Positions 1 to 10,763 of a stretch of DNA of 64,000 nucleotides are shown piece after piece. The first letter of the stretch is position 1. Each line of letters starts with the position of its first letter. The stretch lies in contig JANLFQ010000003.1 of NCBI GenBank assembly GCA_024653355.1, forward strand, positions 74,944 through 138,943. The letters are read 5' to 3'. A program made the position numbers and the translations under genes. Source of the DNA: a candidate division WOR-3 bacterium (lineage in GTDB: Bacteria; Hydrothermota; Tepidihabitantia; Tepidihabitantales; Tepidihabitantaceae). The notes under the pieces are model-generated. The model saw only the letters and a program-made list of their open reading frames with translations. It was not told the DNA's origin and ran no database searches.

Positions 1-1718
<1,718 letters not shown>

Positions 1719-1765
1719 CGTCAGTCTGCTTCTTCTCCTTAATTGTTTTACAATATGGAGTAAGA

Positions 1766-1885
1766 TTCCCGGCGGTGATACCGGAGGGGAAACACCTCTT
1801 CCCATTCCGAACAGAGTCGTTAAGCCCTCCAGGGCCGATGGTACTGCGCTGGTAACGGCGTGGGAGAGTAGGTCGCTGCCGGGTT
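1766..1885 (+). rRNA. rrf: 5S ribosomal RNA
   Basis: ~120 nt with 5S hallmarks (CCGGCGG 5' end, CCGAAC, GTAGT.GGG..AGAGTAGG, 3' CTGCCGGG pairing with the 5' end), followed by a T-run. Confidence 0.9.
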
Positions 1886-1907
1886 TTTTTCTTTTATAAG
1901 AATTTTC

Positions 1908-1936
1908 TTGACAAAAGGAGATTTTTTTGGTATATT
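1908..1936 (+). promoter_or_regulatory. sigma70-type promoter (TTGACA-17-TATATT) upstream of the first pilin gene
   Basis: Exact -35 TTGACA at 1908-1913, 17-nt spacer, -10 TATATT at 1931-1936. Confidence 0.5.
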
Positions 1937-2063
1937 TTTTATGAGAGCAGAGAAATGCGATGCGCTCAACTACCCTTTTTTTATTCACTCAACAAAAGGT
2001 CTGGTTGGTGCATAAGCGTTTCGTCTGGTCTCACATCCCTAAAAAGAAAGGAGGTGCAGTAAA

Positions 2064-2699
2064 ATGAAGAACCGAGGCTTTACACTGATCGAGCTACTCG
2101 TGGTGATCCTGATTATCGGTATCTTGCTCGCTTTGATCATCCCGAACTTCGTGTTGTTCCAGGAGCGTGCTCGTCGTTCTTCTGTGAAGAACAATATGCA
2201 CGTTATCCAGACCGCGCTCGAGGCTTTTGCTGTCGACCACTACGGTAACTATCCGAACGAGGATGTTTCCTGGGATCCCGGTGATGAGGCTGGTATCTGT
2301 CTGTGGTTCCCGGGTGGTGACCCAGTGGGAATCGACGGAGAACCCAAGCCGGGCAACTTCCCGGTCAATCCTTACGATGGTAAGCGCTACAACGACGAAG
2401 ACAAGGACGAGATGGACCTGAACTACGAGGACTTCTTCGGCGAACTGGAGCCGGGTCAGAACGCCCAGATTCGGGGCAACGACGAGGAGTGTCCGTACCT
2501 TGATGCCGGCGGTACACCTGAATATCCAGGTGGTATCGGTATTATGACCTATGTTCCGGGCATCGGAAACGAGACTCCTCAGGAGTACGGCATCTACGGC
2601 TTTGGTCGTGATGTCGCATATCCTATGTACGACTTGGACCCGATGGCGGACGATCCGACCGACGAAGAGTCCTGGATTTTCTTCGTCCTGCACAACTAA
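2064..2699 (+). CDS. Type IV pilin / pseudopilin-like protein with prepilin N-terminus and acidic C-terminal domain
   Basis: N-terminus MKNRGFTLIELLVVILIIGILLA (class III signal, G/F cleavage site, Glu+5); SD AAAGGAGG upstream; D/E/G/P/Y-rich C-terminal part ending FFVLHN. Confidence 0.85.
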   Translation: MKNRGFTLIELLVVILIIGILLALIIPNFVLFQERARRSSVKNNMHVIQTALEAFAVDHYGNYPNEDVSWDPGDEAGICLWFPGGDPVGIDGEPKPGNFPVNPYDGKRYNDEDKDEMDLNYEDFFGELEPGQNAQIRGNDEECPYLDAGGTPEYPGGIGIMTYVPGIGNETPQEYGIYGFGRDVAYPMYDLDPMADDPTDEESWIFFVLHN

Positions 2700-2716
2700 T
2701 ACCTCCGCAGACCTTA

Positions 2717-2748
2717 CGGGGTGGGGTTAAAGCCCCACCCCGTTTTTT
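2717..2748 (+). terminator. Intrinsic terminator after pilin gene
   Basis: Perfect 10-bp stem CGGGGTGGGG / CCCCACCCCG followed by TTTTTT. Confidence 0.75.
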
Positions 2749-2754
2749 GTTTGC

Positions 2755-2782
2755 TTGACTGGTAGATATTTGATTTTATAAT
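2755..2782 (+). promoter_or_regulatory. sigma70-type promoter (TTGACT-16-TATAAT) abutting the ABC ATPase start codon
   Basis: -35 2755-2760, -10 2777-2782; a second TATAAT at 2789-2794; ATG at 2793. Confidence 0.45.
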
Positions 2783-2792
2783 GCAGTCTATA

Positions 2793-3755
2793 ATGTCATC
2801 AGTTGTAAGAAAGCCGGTAATTGAAACGGTCCGATTGACCAAGTTTTATCGCACTGGTTTTAGGATGAAGCGGGTGCGAGCGCTGGTGGATTTAAATCTT
2901 CAAGTTGAGAAGGGGGAAATCTTCGGTTTTTTGGGACCGAATGGCGCCGGAAAGACAACAGCGATTAAAATCATCATCGGTCTCGCAAAGCCCACCCAGG
3001 GTTTTGCTACCGTCCTGGGCAAACCACCAAGAGACCACCGGGTTAAAAAGTCGGTTGGTTTTTTACCGGAGTCGCCCTATTTTTATGAATATTTGACCGC
3101 GGCAGAGTTTCTGGAATTGACCGCACAACTTTCTGGGGTGCCAAGAGGGGAATTGAAACCGCGTGTACGCGAGATGTTAAAGATGGTGCGGATGGAGCAT
3201 GCCGCCCATATTCAGATGAAGGGTTTTTCTCGGGGGATGTTGCAACGGATTGGGATTGCCCAGGCGCTAATTCACGACCCAGAGGTGGTGGTGTTGGATG
3301 AGCCAATGGGCGGGCTTGACCCGATTGGCAGGAAAGAGTTCCGGGACATTATCCTCAGCCTTAGAGACCAGGGAAAGACCGTATTTTTCTCAACCCATAT
3401 CCTCGCCGATGTGGAGATGATATGTGACCGGGTGGGTATCATTGTTGGTGGCAAGATGGTGAAGGCGGGTAGATTGAATGAAATTCTTACTTCGGAGGTG
3501 GAGGCGATTGAAGTTACGGTGAGAGGGGCGCAGGGCAAGTTCCGTAAGGCGCTGGAGCGAGTTGCACAAAAGGCATTTGATTCCGGAGAGTTTTTGATGC
3601 TTACGGTTAAGGATGATGATGATGTGGAACGGATAATGGCAATCACCCGGGAGGCCGGGGCAAAAGTTACAGCGATTGTGCCTCGTACCAAGACGCTGGA
3701 GGATTTCTTTATGAGTCAGGTAAAGTCCCTCCTTGAGGAGCGAGAAAATGTTTAA
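2793..3755 (+). CDS. ABC transporter ATP-binding protein (ABC-2/DrrA-like)
   Basis: Walker A GPNGAGKTT, ABC signature, Walker B VVVLDEPMGGLD; ORF track starts at 2781 but that ATG overlaps the -10 box, so 2793 is preferred. Confidence 0.85.
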   Translation: MSSVVRKPVIETVRLTKFYRTGFRMKRVRALVDLNLQVEKGEIFGFLGPNGAGKTTAIKIIIGLAKPTQGFATVLGKPPRDHRVKKSVGFLPESPYFYEYLTAAEFLELTAQLSGVPRGELKPRVREMLKMVRMEHAAHIQMKGFSRGMLQRIGIAQALIHDPEVVVLDEPMGGLDPIGRKEFRDIILSLRDQGKTVFFSTHILADVEMICDRVGIIVGGKMVKAGRLNEILTSEVEAIEVTVRGAQGKFRKALERVAQKAFDSGEFLMLTVKDDDDVERIMAITREAGAKVTAIVPRTKTLEDFFMSQVKSLLEERENV

Positions 3756-4515
3756 CCGGGTATTCGGTGTGGCGTTAAACACCTTTCGGGAGTCTTTGCG
3801 GGACCGGGTCCTGGTGGCTTTGATTGTTACAGCGATTGTGGTGATGGCCGGTGCAAAGGTGATTCAACCGGTGGCGATGGGTGAGGCAGATAAAATCATT
3901 AAGGATTTAGGGTTATCGGCGATTACGCTTTTCTGTGTGTTGATTGCGGTTTTGGTGGGCGGGCGAATAGTTTATCGCGAGGTGGAGAAAAGAACTATTT
4001 ACTTGATTCTGGCTCGGCCGGTAAGAAGGTTAGAGTTCATCCTGGGTAAGTATCTGGGTCTAATGGCGGTTTTGGTATTGAGTTTGTTGATAATGACCGC
4101 CGGGTTTTACCTAATCCTTTTGATTTCCCGGGTGTCGGTGACGCTTTATTTACTGTGGGCGGTTTTGATGACGGCGTTTGAGCTGGCGCTGCTCACCGCG
4201 GTGGCGGTTTTCTTTTCAACCTTTGTAACGCCGATTGCCAGTTCGGTATTTACCTTTATTATATATTTCATTGGCCATAGCACCTATTTACTTAAACAGC
4301 TGGCAGCGATGAGTCCGGTACCGGCAATAAAGTTTTTGGGCGTCGTCCTTTACTACATACTGCCCAATTTAGGAAATTTTAATATCAGGGGTGATGTTGT
4401 ATACGGTGTGCCCTTAAATCCTCAGGCTTTGGTACTTTCCGCCCTGTACGGCCTGGTCTATAGTTTGACACTTCTTTTGATTGCGGTGATGATTTTCAAC
4501 CGCAAGGATTTTTAA
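3748..4515 (+). CDS. ABC-2 family transporter permease
   Basis: Six predicted hydrophobic helices; start overlaps the ATPase stop by 8 nt. Confidence 0.75.
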   Translation: MFNRVFGVALNTFRESLRDRVLVALIVTAIVVMAGAKVIQPVAMGEADKIIKDLGLSAITLFCVLIAVLVGGRIVYREVEKRTIYLILARPVRRLEFILGKYLGLMAVLVLSLLIMTAGFYLILLISRVSVTLYLLWAVLMTAFELALLTAVAVFFSTFVTPIASSVFTFIIYFIGHSTYLLKQLAAMSPVPAIKFLGVVLYYILPNLGNFNIRGDVVYGVPLNPQALVLSALYGLVYSLTLLLIAVMIFNRKDF

Positions 4516-5406
4516 GTGAAGATTACAGAGGTTACCGCCCCGGTACCAAAGGGTCCTGGGTTGTTGATTAATATCCTGCCCGTGGTTGTGGTTGTCTGGG
4601 GGTTTGTAGGTGTCTACCTGCTTCAGTTGGCGATTGATTCCACCAGTCGAAGGCAGGGTGAAAGGTTGATGCAGGAACTTGCCTATTTTCCGTCAGGTGT
4701 GGCGTTGCGCGAGGCGGTGATTGAGTATCGGGAAATTGTTGCCGATTTTATATGGCTAACGGCGATTGACTACTACGGGCGTCATCAGGAGACGGACCGC
4801 CGTTACGAGTGGCTCGGGCACATTTTTGAGATTCTCACAACGCTTGACCCCAGGTTTGTCGGTGCCTACCACTTTGGGGCAATTACCCTTGCCTGGGATG
4901 CGCATAAACCGATTGAGGCGTTGCGGTTGCTGTTGAACGGCATGAAGGCAAATCCGCTCAACTGGCAGTTACCCTTTGATGCTGGATTCATAAATTATAT
5001 GTTGACAGGCGATTACAAGTCGGCAGCGCAACTGTTTCAGGTTGCGGCAGAGTTACCGGGTGCCTGGACCGTAGTTTCCCGGTGGGTGCCCTACATAACC
5101 GCCAAGGCGGGCGATTTTGAAACGGCACGGCAGATGTGGAAAGATTTGTATTACTCAACTGAGAACAAGAAGTTGCGGGAGTTGATAATCCGCCAGCTGC
5201 AAGTGCTGAAACTTGAAGAGGGCATCGCTCGTTTACAGGAGGCGGTTGACCAATTTTATGAAAAGGAGAAGCGACTGCCGAACAGAATTGAGGAACTGGT
5301 CAGGCAGGGGTATATCAAAGAGATTCCTGAAGAGCCCTTTGGCGGAAAGTATTTCATAGAAAACGGCAAAGTGCGTAGTACGACTCAGCCCGGTTTAATA
5401 AAATAA
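4516..5406 (+). CDS. Membrane-anchored protein with helical (TPR-like) soluble domain
   Basis: GTG start immediately after the permease stop; N-terminal TM helix LLINILPVVVVVWGFVGVYLL; no recognised catalytic motif. Confidence 0.6.
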   Translation: MKITEVTAPVPKGPGLLINILPVVVVVWGFVGVYLLQLAIDSTSRRQGERLMQELAYFPSGVALREAVIEYREIVADFIWLTAIDYYGRHQETDRRYEWLGHIFEILTTLDPRFVGAYHFGAITLAWDAHKPIEALRLLLNGMKANPLNWQLPFDAGFINYMLTGDYKSAAQLFQVAAELPGAWTVVSRWVPYITAKAGDFETARQMWKDLYYSTENKKLRELIIRQLQVLKLEEGIARLQEAVDQFYEKEKRLPNRIEELVRQGYIKEIPEEPFGGKYFIENGKVRSTTQPGLIK

Positions 5407-5428
5407 GATTGGGCGATGAAGTTTTAAC

Positions 5429-5457
5429 TTGACAAATGAGGTAAATATTTGATAATT
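5429..5457 (+). promoter_or_regulatory. sigma70-type promoter (TTGACA-17-ATAATT) for second pilin gene
   Basis: -35 5429-5434, -10 5452-5457, SD GGAG before the ATG at 5479. Confidence 0.45.
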
Positions 5458-5478
5458 ATTATCAGAACAGGAGACGAT

Positions 5479-6015
5479 ATGAACTTTAAAAATGATGGCT
5501 TTACTCTGGTTGAGCTCCTGGTAGTGATAATGATCTTAGGTGTGTTGATGGGGATGTCGGTACCGAGGTTTTCTGGTATCAGAGAGCAGGCGCGGGTTGG
5601 AGCGATGAAAATGAATCTCCACAATGTCCAGGTGGCGATTGAAACCTTTCATCAGGAGTTTGGATATTACGCCGAGGATTTCTACGAGGACGGCTATGGC
5701 TGTATTTTTCCCGGTGGGGAGTACGATGTGAGAATCGGTAAATTGCCCACTAATCCCTGGACCGGAAAAGAGATGGACCCGGATGAGTTTAATCCCGAGG
5801 AGTATGATGACATTACCGATATAAGTAATACCAGTGAATATGGTCCCAACGATGTTTCCGGTTACGACCCGGGCAATATCGTTTACAGTGTCTGGGACCC
5901 ACCGGGTTCGGCTTATCCTTTGAATTACGGGCTTGTTGGTATTGACCATAGCGGGTCTTCAATCCGCGATTATGATGCGGACGGAGATGCAATAATATTT
6001 GTGTTACACAATTAA
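5479..6015 (+). CDS. Type IV pilin / pseudopilin-like protein, acidic paralog of the 2064 gene
   Basis: MNFKNDGFTLVELLVVIMILG prepilin N-terminus; acidic D/E/Y/G-rich C-terminal region ending IIFVLHN, as in the first pilin. Confidence 0.8.
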   Translation: MNFKNDGFTLVELLVVIMILGVLMGMSVPRFSGIREQARVGAMKMNLHNVQVAIETFHQEFGYYAEDFYEDGYGCIFPGGEYDVRIGKLPTNPWTGKEMDPDEFNPEEYDDITDISNTSEYGPNDVSGYDPGNIVYSVWDPPGSAYPLNYGLVGIDHSGSSIRDYDADGDAIIFVLHN

Positions 6016-6056
6016 TGGTGGATGATATGCTTGACAGCCGATTTGATAAGTCTATA

Positions 6057-6608
6057 ATGCGTTTAGTGTTTAAGAAGGTCCGCACCGCCTCGGGTTTTAC
6101 CCTCATTGAACTTTTAGTCGTGATATCGGTCCTCGGTATCCTGATGGCTTTCTTTTTCCCGACGATGATTTCCCGGATTACAAACAACACCCGCCGTACC
6201 GCGACCATTCAGGAGATGAACGCGCTGCGCGAAGCGATTGTCGGCAATCCCGATGTGCGAGTTGGCGGGGAGATTGTTGGTACCGGTTTTAAGCAGGATG
6301 TGGGGAGACTGCCGCGGCACCTGATTGAACTTGTTACCCGTAATCCGTTTGACGGTATGTATGCGCAGGTAATGTACCTTGGCAAGGAAACACTTCCGGG
6401 CTGGGACCCGTATATTCAGAAAGGGTGGAATGGTCCTTATATTCGCGAAGACGGTCAGATGGGTTATCTTTATGATGCCTGGGGAACCCCTTATCAATAC
6501 TGGGTAGAAAACAACGAGACGCTTGGTTTAAAAAGCGCCGGTCCGGATGGTCTTTTTTATGGTCAGCCCGGAGCGGTCAAGGATGACGATATTAAGATGA
6601 GGTTTTAA
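6057..6608 (+). CDS. GspG/PulG-like pseudopilin
   Basis: Prepilin N-terminus ...SGFTLIELLVVISVLGIL; GspG-like motif DAWGTPYQY; start uncertain (ORF opens at 6015; ATG 6027 and 6057 are alternatives). Confidence 0.75.
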   Translation: MRLVFKKVRTASGFTLIELLVVISVLGILMAFFFPTMISRITNNTRRTATIQEMNALREAIVGNPDVRVGGEIVGTGFKQDVGRLPRHLIELVTRNPFDGMYAQVMYLGKETLPGWDPYIQKGWNGPYIREDGQMGYLYDAWGTPYQYWVENNETLGLKSAGPDGLFYGQPGAVKDDDIKMRF

Positions 6609-7411
6609 TGAAGAGATTGGATAAGGGCGTAACTCTCGTGGAACTTCTGGTGGTCTTGATGATTCTCAGTTTAATCTTAACGGCCGCGATTAAAACCTGG
6701 GATGTAACACTGGAAAGAGGCCGATTTGAGCAGACCCGTCAGAAACTTGACCGGCTGGCAAAAGCGATTACCGGAGACCCGGACTATGTAATTGGTGGCG
6801 TGCGCGCCGATTTCGGGTTTATTGGTGATATGGGCTGTCTACCCCGAACTCTTGCCGACCTTGCCAATCAACCGAACTGGGTTACACCCCCGGAGAGCAG
6901 CCGTTGGCGCGGACCTTATGTCAAGGCACCATTTGCCGAGTCGCCCGAGGCTTATCGAATTGACGGCTGGGGCGATTCGATTGTTTTCAACCAGGATAGT
7001 TTGTTCCTCCGCAGTTACGGTGGTGGTGGGCTTGTAACTCCAGCCCGCTGGCTCACCCGTTCTTTGGGTTACACCCGCAATGACCTTTTGTCCAATACGG
7101 TTGATGGCTGGGTGGTTGACCAAAGAGGAGAACCACCGCCCGATAGCGTGGCGCCAAGGGTAATTGTGCAACTGGAATATCCCAGAGATGGACGGACTTT
7201 CCGGGATACAACTTCAATCAGGCCGGGAACAAACGGTGCGTTTGATTTCATCGGCATTCCGCAGGGTGTGCATACATTGCGCGCGATGTTCTGGCATTAC
7301 TATCCCCCACCACCGCGTTGTGATACGGTCGTTAAGGTGCTAACGGTTTTACCGCGGGTAGGGGCAAGAGGGATTGAGGTAAGAATGAATGTAGACTGGA
7401 GTAATCCGTGA
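6608..7411 (+). CDS. Pseudopilin-like protein with C-terminal extension domain
   Basis: MKRLDKGVTLVELLVVLMIL prepilin N-terminus; ...DGWGDSIVF motif; extra ~130-aa C-terminal domain; start overlaps upstream stop (TAATG). Confidence 0.75.
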   Translation: MKRLDKGVTLVELLVVLMILSLILTAAIKTWDVTLERGRFEQTRQKLDRLAKAITGDPDYVIGGVRADFGFIGDMGCLPRTLADLANQPNWVTPPESSRWRGPYVKAPFAESPEAYRIDGWGDSIVFNQDSLFLRSYGGGGLVTPARWLTRSLGYTRNDLLSNTVDGWVVDQRGEPPPDSVAPRVIVQLEYPRDGRTFRDTTSIRPGTNGAFDFIGIPQGVHTLRAMFWHYYPPPPRCDTVVKVLTVLPRVGARGIEVRMNVDWSNP

Positions 7412-7412
7412 G

Positions 7413-8558
7413 GTGTTTATGAAAAAGCAGCACGGTTTTACTTTAATGGAACTGCTGGTGGTTTTGTTGATCATCGGCGTTTTAAGCACCGTTGCGGTCC
7501 GGACAATTGATGCGACAAGGGACCGTTCCCTTTTTGACCAGACAGCAAAGGAGATGAGGGAGCTGGTTTATGCGATGGTTGGCAACCCGGATATAATGGC
7601 TAATGGTCGGAGGGTAGATTTTGGATTTTACGGCGACATGATGCGCTTGCCGAACGATTTGAAGGAACTGGTCGAGAACACGACCGGTTCGCCTTATTGG
7701 CGTGGTCCCTATCTCCGCCGGGAGTTCTTGCAGGATACGATGGGTTATCGATTGGATGCTTGGGGAAACCCCTATACTTATGACCGGAGTACCGGTACGA
7801 TTGCCACACTGGGAAATGGCAAGTATCCGATGACGATGCGCGTTGCTGAGGCGATATCCCATTTGACTGACAACTGGGTGATGGGAAATGTTTCGGATGC
7901 CGAGAATGTTCCTCCTGGTGATAAGGCGGTAACGATTGGAATTAAGTTGTATCTCCCCAACGGCTCGTTTTATTTTACTCGACCCGACCCCGGTGGTTTT
8001 TACCAGTTTACTCCCCAGACGCACGGACCGGTGCCGATTGGCGTTCATAAAATAGTTGCCAACCGCCCCGGAGGAGATTCTATTGTGCGCTGGGTCACAG
8101 TGACGCCGCGCAGTAAAGTGATGGTGGACTTTCGGTTTACCGGTTCATTCCGCAACTACCTGGAGATGATTGGTGAGCCGCTGCTTTTCGGTGACAGTTC
8201 TGGTTTTACCATTAAGGTTGTCAACAGCGGGTCAACTGTTGACACGGTTAAATCGATAAAGTTACTTATTGCGCCGGATAGCGCCTATCTGGGTTTTTTG
8301 CGGATTTACAGCGTCACCCAGGGCGGAACGCCCCAAGAACAACAGTTTTCCCCCCGTAAGGGACAGGGGGACAGTTTAATTGTGTATCCTCCGTTTTCCA
8401 TCCAGCCCGGCAAAGCGGAGGAGGTTCAGTTCAGTTTTTACGGGTTCTGCAAGACCCCGAGTATTGCGGATTCGACGAAGGCAAACATCTACAATAAACT
8501 TTTTCGATTGAGGTTTAATGATGGTTCGGAGTTTGCCGTCACACCGGTGCGTCCGTGA
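7413..8558 (+). CDS. Pseudopilin-like protein with large C-terminal extension (candidate tip or adhesin minor pilin)
   Basis: MFMKKQHGFTLMELLVVLLIIGVL prepilin N-terminus; DAWGNPYTYD motif; ~250-aa C-terminal beta-rich extension. Confidence 0.75.
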   Translation: MFMKKQHGFTLMELLVVLLIIGVLSTVAVRTIDATRDRSLFDQTAKEMRELVYAMVGNPDIMANGRRVDFGFYGDMMRLPNDLKELVENTTGSPYWRGPYLRREFLQDTMGYRLDAWGNPYTYDRSTGTIATLGNGKYPMTMRVAEAISHLTDNWVMGNVSDAENVPPGDKAVTIGIKLYLPNGSFYFTRPDPGGFYQFTPQTHGPVPIGVHKIVANRPGGDSIVRWVTVTPRSKVMVDFRFTGSFRNYLEMIGEPLLFGDSSGFTIKVVNSGSTVDTVKSIKLLIAPDSAYLGFLRIYSVTQGGTPQEQQFSPRKGQGDSLIVYPPFSIQPGKAEEVQFSFYGFCKTPSIADSTKANIYNKLFRLRFNDGSEFAVTPVRP

Positions 8559-8579
8559 CGGCGGAAATAAGGAGGTACA

Positions 8580-10184
8580 TTGGCAACTAAGGTCTTTGGC
8601 GGGGGTGGCAAAGGCACCCTCTGTATTGATATCGGTTCCAATTCGGTAAAGTTTGTAAAGGTAGAAGGTGGCCGGGTTGTTGACTATGGTCTGAAGGAGA
8701 TCGGTGAGGCGTTTGATGTTCCCTCAATTCTCCGTGAGTTGATCAAGGATTACAAGCCGCGCGAGGTGTACACATTTGTCTCCGGTCCATCGGTCAGCGT
8801 GCGTCAGGCGCCGTTCCCCAAGATGAATCGCCGGGAATTGAAAGAGGCGATTCTTTTACGATTGGATAAATACTCGCCCTTTACCCTTGACGAGGCGATA
8901 TTCGACTTTAAGACCCTCGGACCGGTGCGCGAGGCGGGGACGATAAAAGACAACGTTATGGTTATTGCGGCCCGCAAGGACATTGTCTCCGACCACATCT
9001 CGACCCTGCGCAAGGCGGGCCTTGAACCCACGACGATCAGCGTTGTGCCGTTTGCTTTGCAGGCGGCGGTTAAGAAGTTCGGCCGGGTCAGACCGGATGA
9101 AACGGTTTGTTTGCTTGATATCGGTGCCGAGTTTACCGATATGATATTTATGAAGGGAGAACGGCTTGATTTGGCGAGGACGGTGACGACCGCGGGCAAT
9201 GCGATTACCGAAGCAATGACGGTGGCGATTACAACCGAGGAAGGGCAACTGGCACTGGACGCCTACGATGCTGAGGAGTTAAAACGCAAGTACGGAATCC
9301 CGCCGGAAGATAGTCAGGAACGGCTTCCTTCGGGCATTATGGTGAAGCGATTGTTGACCCTGCAGCGGCCCGCGCTGGAGAGATTTGTTGCCGAGATCAA
9401 CCGGTCAATTGACTATTATCGCCGGGAGTTTGGCGAACAGAAGATCGACCGTCTGCTCATCTGCGGTGGTTCGGCAGCGATGAAGGGGCTGCGGGAGTAT
9501 CTACAGACCAGTTTGGGAATTCCAACGGAGATTTTTGACCCGTTCCGGGACTTTGGCCTTTATCGCAAAGCGACCGGTCCGGAAGAGGAAATCGGCTATC
9601 GTTTGGTTGCGGCGCTGGGGTTGTACTATGACCATTCCGCGGTGGACCTTTTGCCGGTTGAAATGAAGTCCGGTCGATTCATCGCACGCGATGTACGAAT
9701 GATGACCCTGGGTGGAATAGTGTGGGTAGGCATTTTAATCCTTGGTTACATTCTGGTTGCGGGCTGGACCGGCATTTCCAGTGGCCAGGTTTCCAAGTTG
9801 CGCAACGAGATTAAAGCAACTGAGGAGCAAAACCGGGGCTATTTTGCGCTTGAGAAGGAGATTGCTGACCTTGAGGCGCGGGAGCGAGCGCTGAAGAGTG
9901 TTGTCGGCGAAGTTTTGCCGACGGTCCCGGTGCTGGGTGCCCTTTCGACGATTGTCCCGACGAATATTCAGTTGAGCAGTTTTACATTGAGCAACCGTTC
10001 CAATGTGAAAATCACCGGTGTGGTTAGCGGTGAACCGCACCTGCTTGATGTCGACCTCGCCCAGTTCTTGATTGACCTCGAACGCAGCCAGGTGTTTAAA
10101 CAGGTACAGCTGGTTTCTAAGAACCGTAGTACCCTGCAGGGGGAAGCGGTTTTAGAGTTTGAAATCCAATGTGTCACGGAGTAA
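8580..10184 (+). CDS. pilM: Type IV pilus assembly protein, PilM (actin-like ATPase) fused to PilN
   Basis: TTG start with AAGGAGG SD; N-terminal ~350 aa with PilM-like CIDIGSNSVKFV and LICGGSA motifs; then TM helix, coiled coil and a PilN-like C-terminus. Confidence 0.75.
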   Translation: MATKVFGGGGKGTLCIDIGSNSVKFVKVEGGRVVDYGLKEIGEAFDVPSILRELIKDYKPREVYTFVSGPSVSVRQAPFPKMNRRELKEAILLRLDKYSPFTLDEAIFDFKTLGPVREAGTIKDNVMVIAARKDIVSDHISTLRKAGLEPTTISVVPFALQAAVKKFGRVRPDETVCLLDIGAEFTDMIFMKGERLDLARTVTTAGNAITEAMTVAITTEEGQLALDAYDAEELKRKYGIPPEDSQERLPSGIMVKRLLTLQRPALERFVAEINRSIDYYRREFGEQKIDRLLICGGSAAMKGLREYLQTSLGIPTEIFDPFRDFGLYRKATGPEEEIGYRLVAALGLYYDHSAVDLLPVEMKSGRFIARDVRMMTLGGIVWVGILILGYILVAGWTGISSGQVSKLRNEIKATEEQNRGYFALEKEIADLEARERALKSVVGEVLPTVPVLGALSTIVPTNIQLSSFTLSNRSNVKITGVVSGEPHLLDVDLAQFLIDLERSQVFKQVQLVSKNRSTLQGEAVLEFEIQCVTE

Positions 10185-10187
10185 AAT

Positions 10188-10763
10188 ATGGGGATACTTG
10201 AAAGAAGGGTAGTTATCATTGGACTGGCAGTATATGTTGTTTTAGGTGTCGCAGCCTGGTTTTTGCTTTATCAACCGCGGATAAACGCCCGGAACAAGGC
10301 GGCGAAGGAAATCGCCGAACTGCGCAAGGAGTTGGACGATACCAAAGCCCGAATTGCCCAGATGCCGCGTTTGCGGCAGAAGAAGGCGCAACTGGAGCAG
10401 GAGATAGGTGATATCTGGGCACGCGTTGTACCTCGTTCCGAGATGTTAGGGCTTTTCCGGCGAATTTCCCAGGAGGCAGAACAGGAGCGGGTGCACTTCT
10501 TAGAGATTGTGCCGCCGGGACTGGATACACTTCTCCAGGAAGAGGGACCGAGCGCGCAGGTGAGGCCGGTGCCTTTTCTTGTGACGGTTCAGGGGCGTTA
10601 TCTTGATATCGGCCGCTACATCCAGAACCTGAACGGTTATCAGTACTTTGTGCGCGTGCCCGATGTTGACATCAATGCCCGGGATGACATAAGACCGGAG
10701 ATTGAGGCGAAACTGCTGGTGAACATCTACGTGTCCAGTCTCGCGGGTGGGGGTAATTTGTGA
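10188..10763 (+). CDS. pilO: PilO-like pilus assembly protein
   Basis: N-terminal TM helix, coiled coil, C-terminal beta domain; position directly after PilM-N. Confidence 0.6.
   Translation: MGILERRVVIIGLAVYVVLGVAAWFLLYQPRINARNKAAKEIAELRKELDDTKARIAQMPRLRQKKAQLEQEIGDIWARVVPRSEMLGLFRRISQEAEQERVHFLEIVPPGLDTLLQEEGPSAQVRPVPFLVTVQGRYLDIGRYIQNLNGYQYFVRVPDVDINARDDIRPEIEAKLLVNIYVSSLAGGGNL

Noticed and set aside
1941-2015. 24-codon ORF (MRAEKCDALNYPFFIHSTKGLVGA) starting 5 nt after the -10 box upstream of the first pilin gene
   Set aside because: No SD, spacing to the -10 is too short for a clean leaderless start, and the composition is unremarkable; more likely just 5' UTR of the pilin mRNA
6030-6058. 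TTGACA-16-TATAAT promoter-like match inside the pilin operon
   Set aside because: Its -10 overlaps the likely ATG of the GspG-like gene and it sits within tightly coupled genes; probably a chance match in AT-rich sequence, kept only as a note
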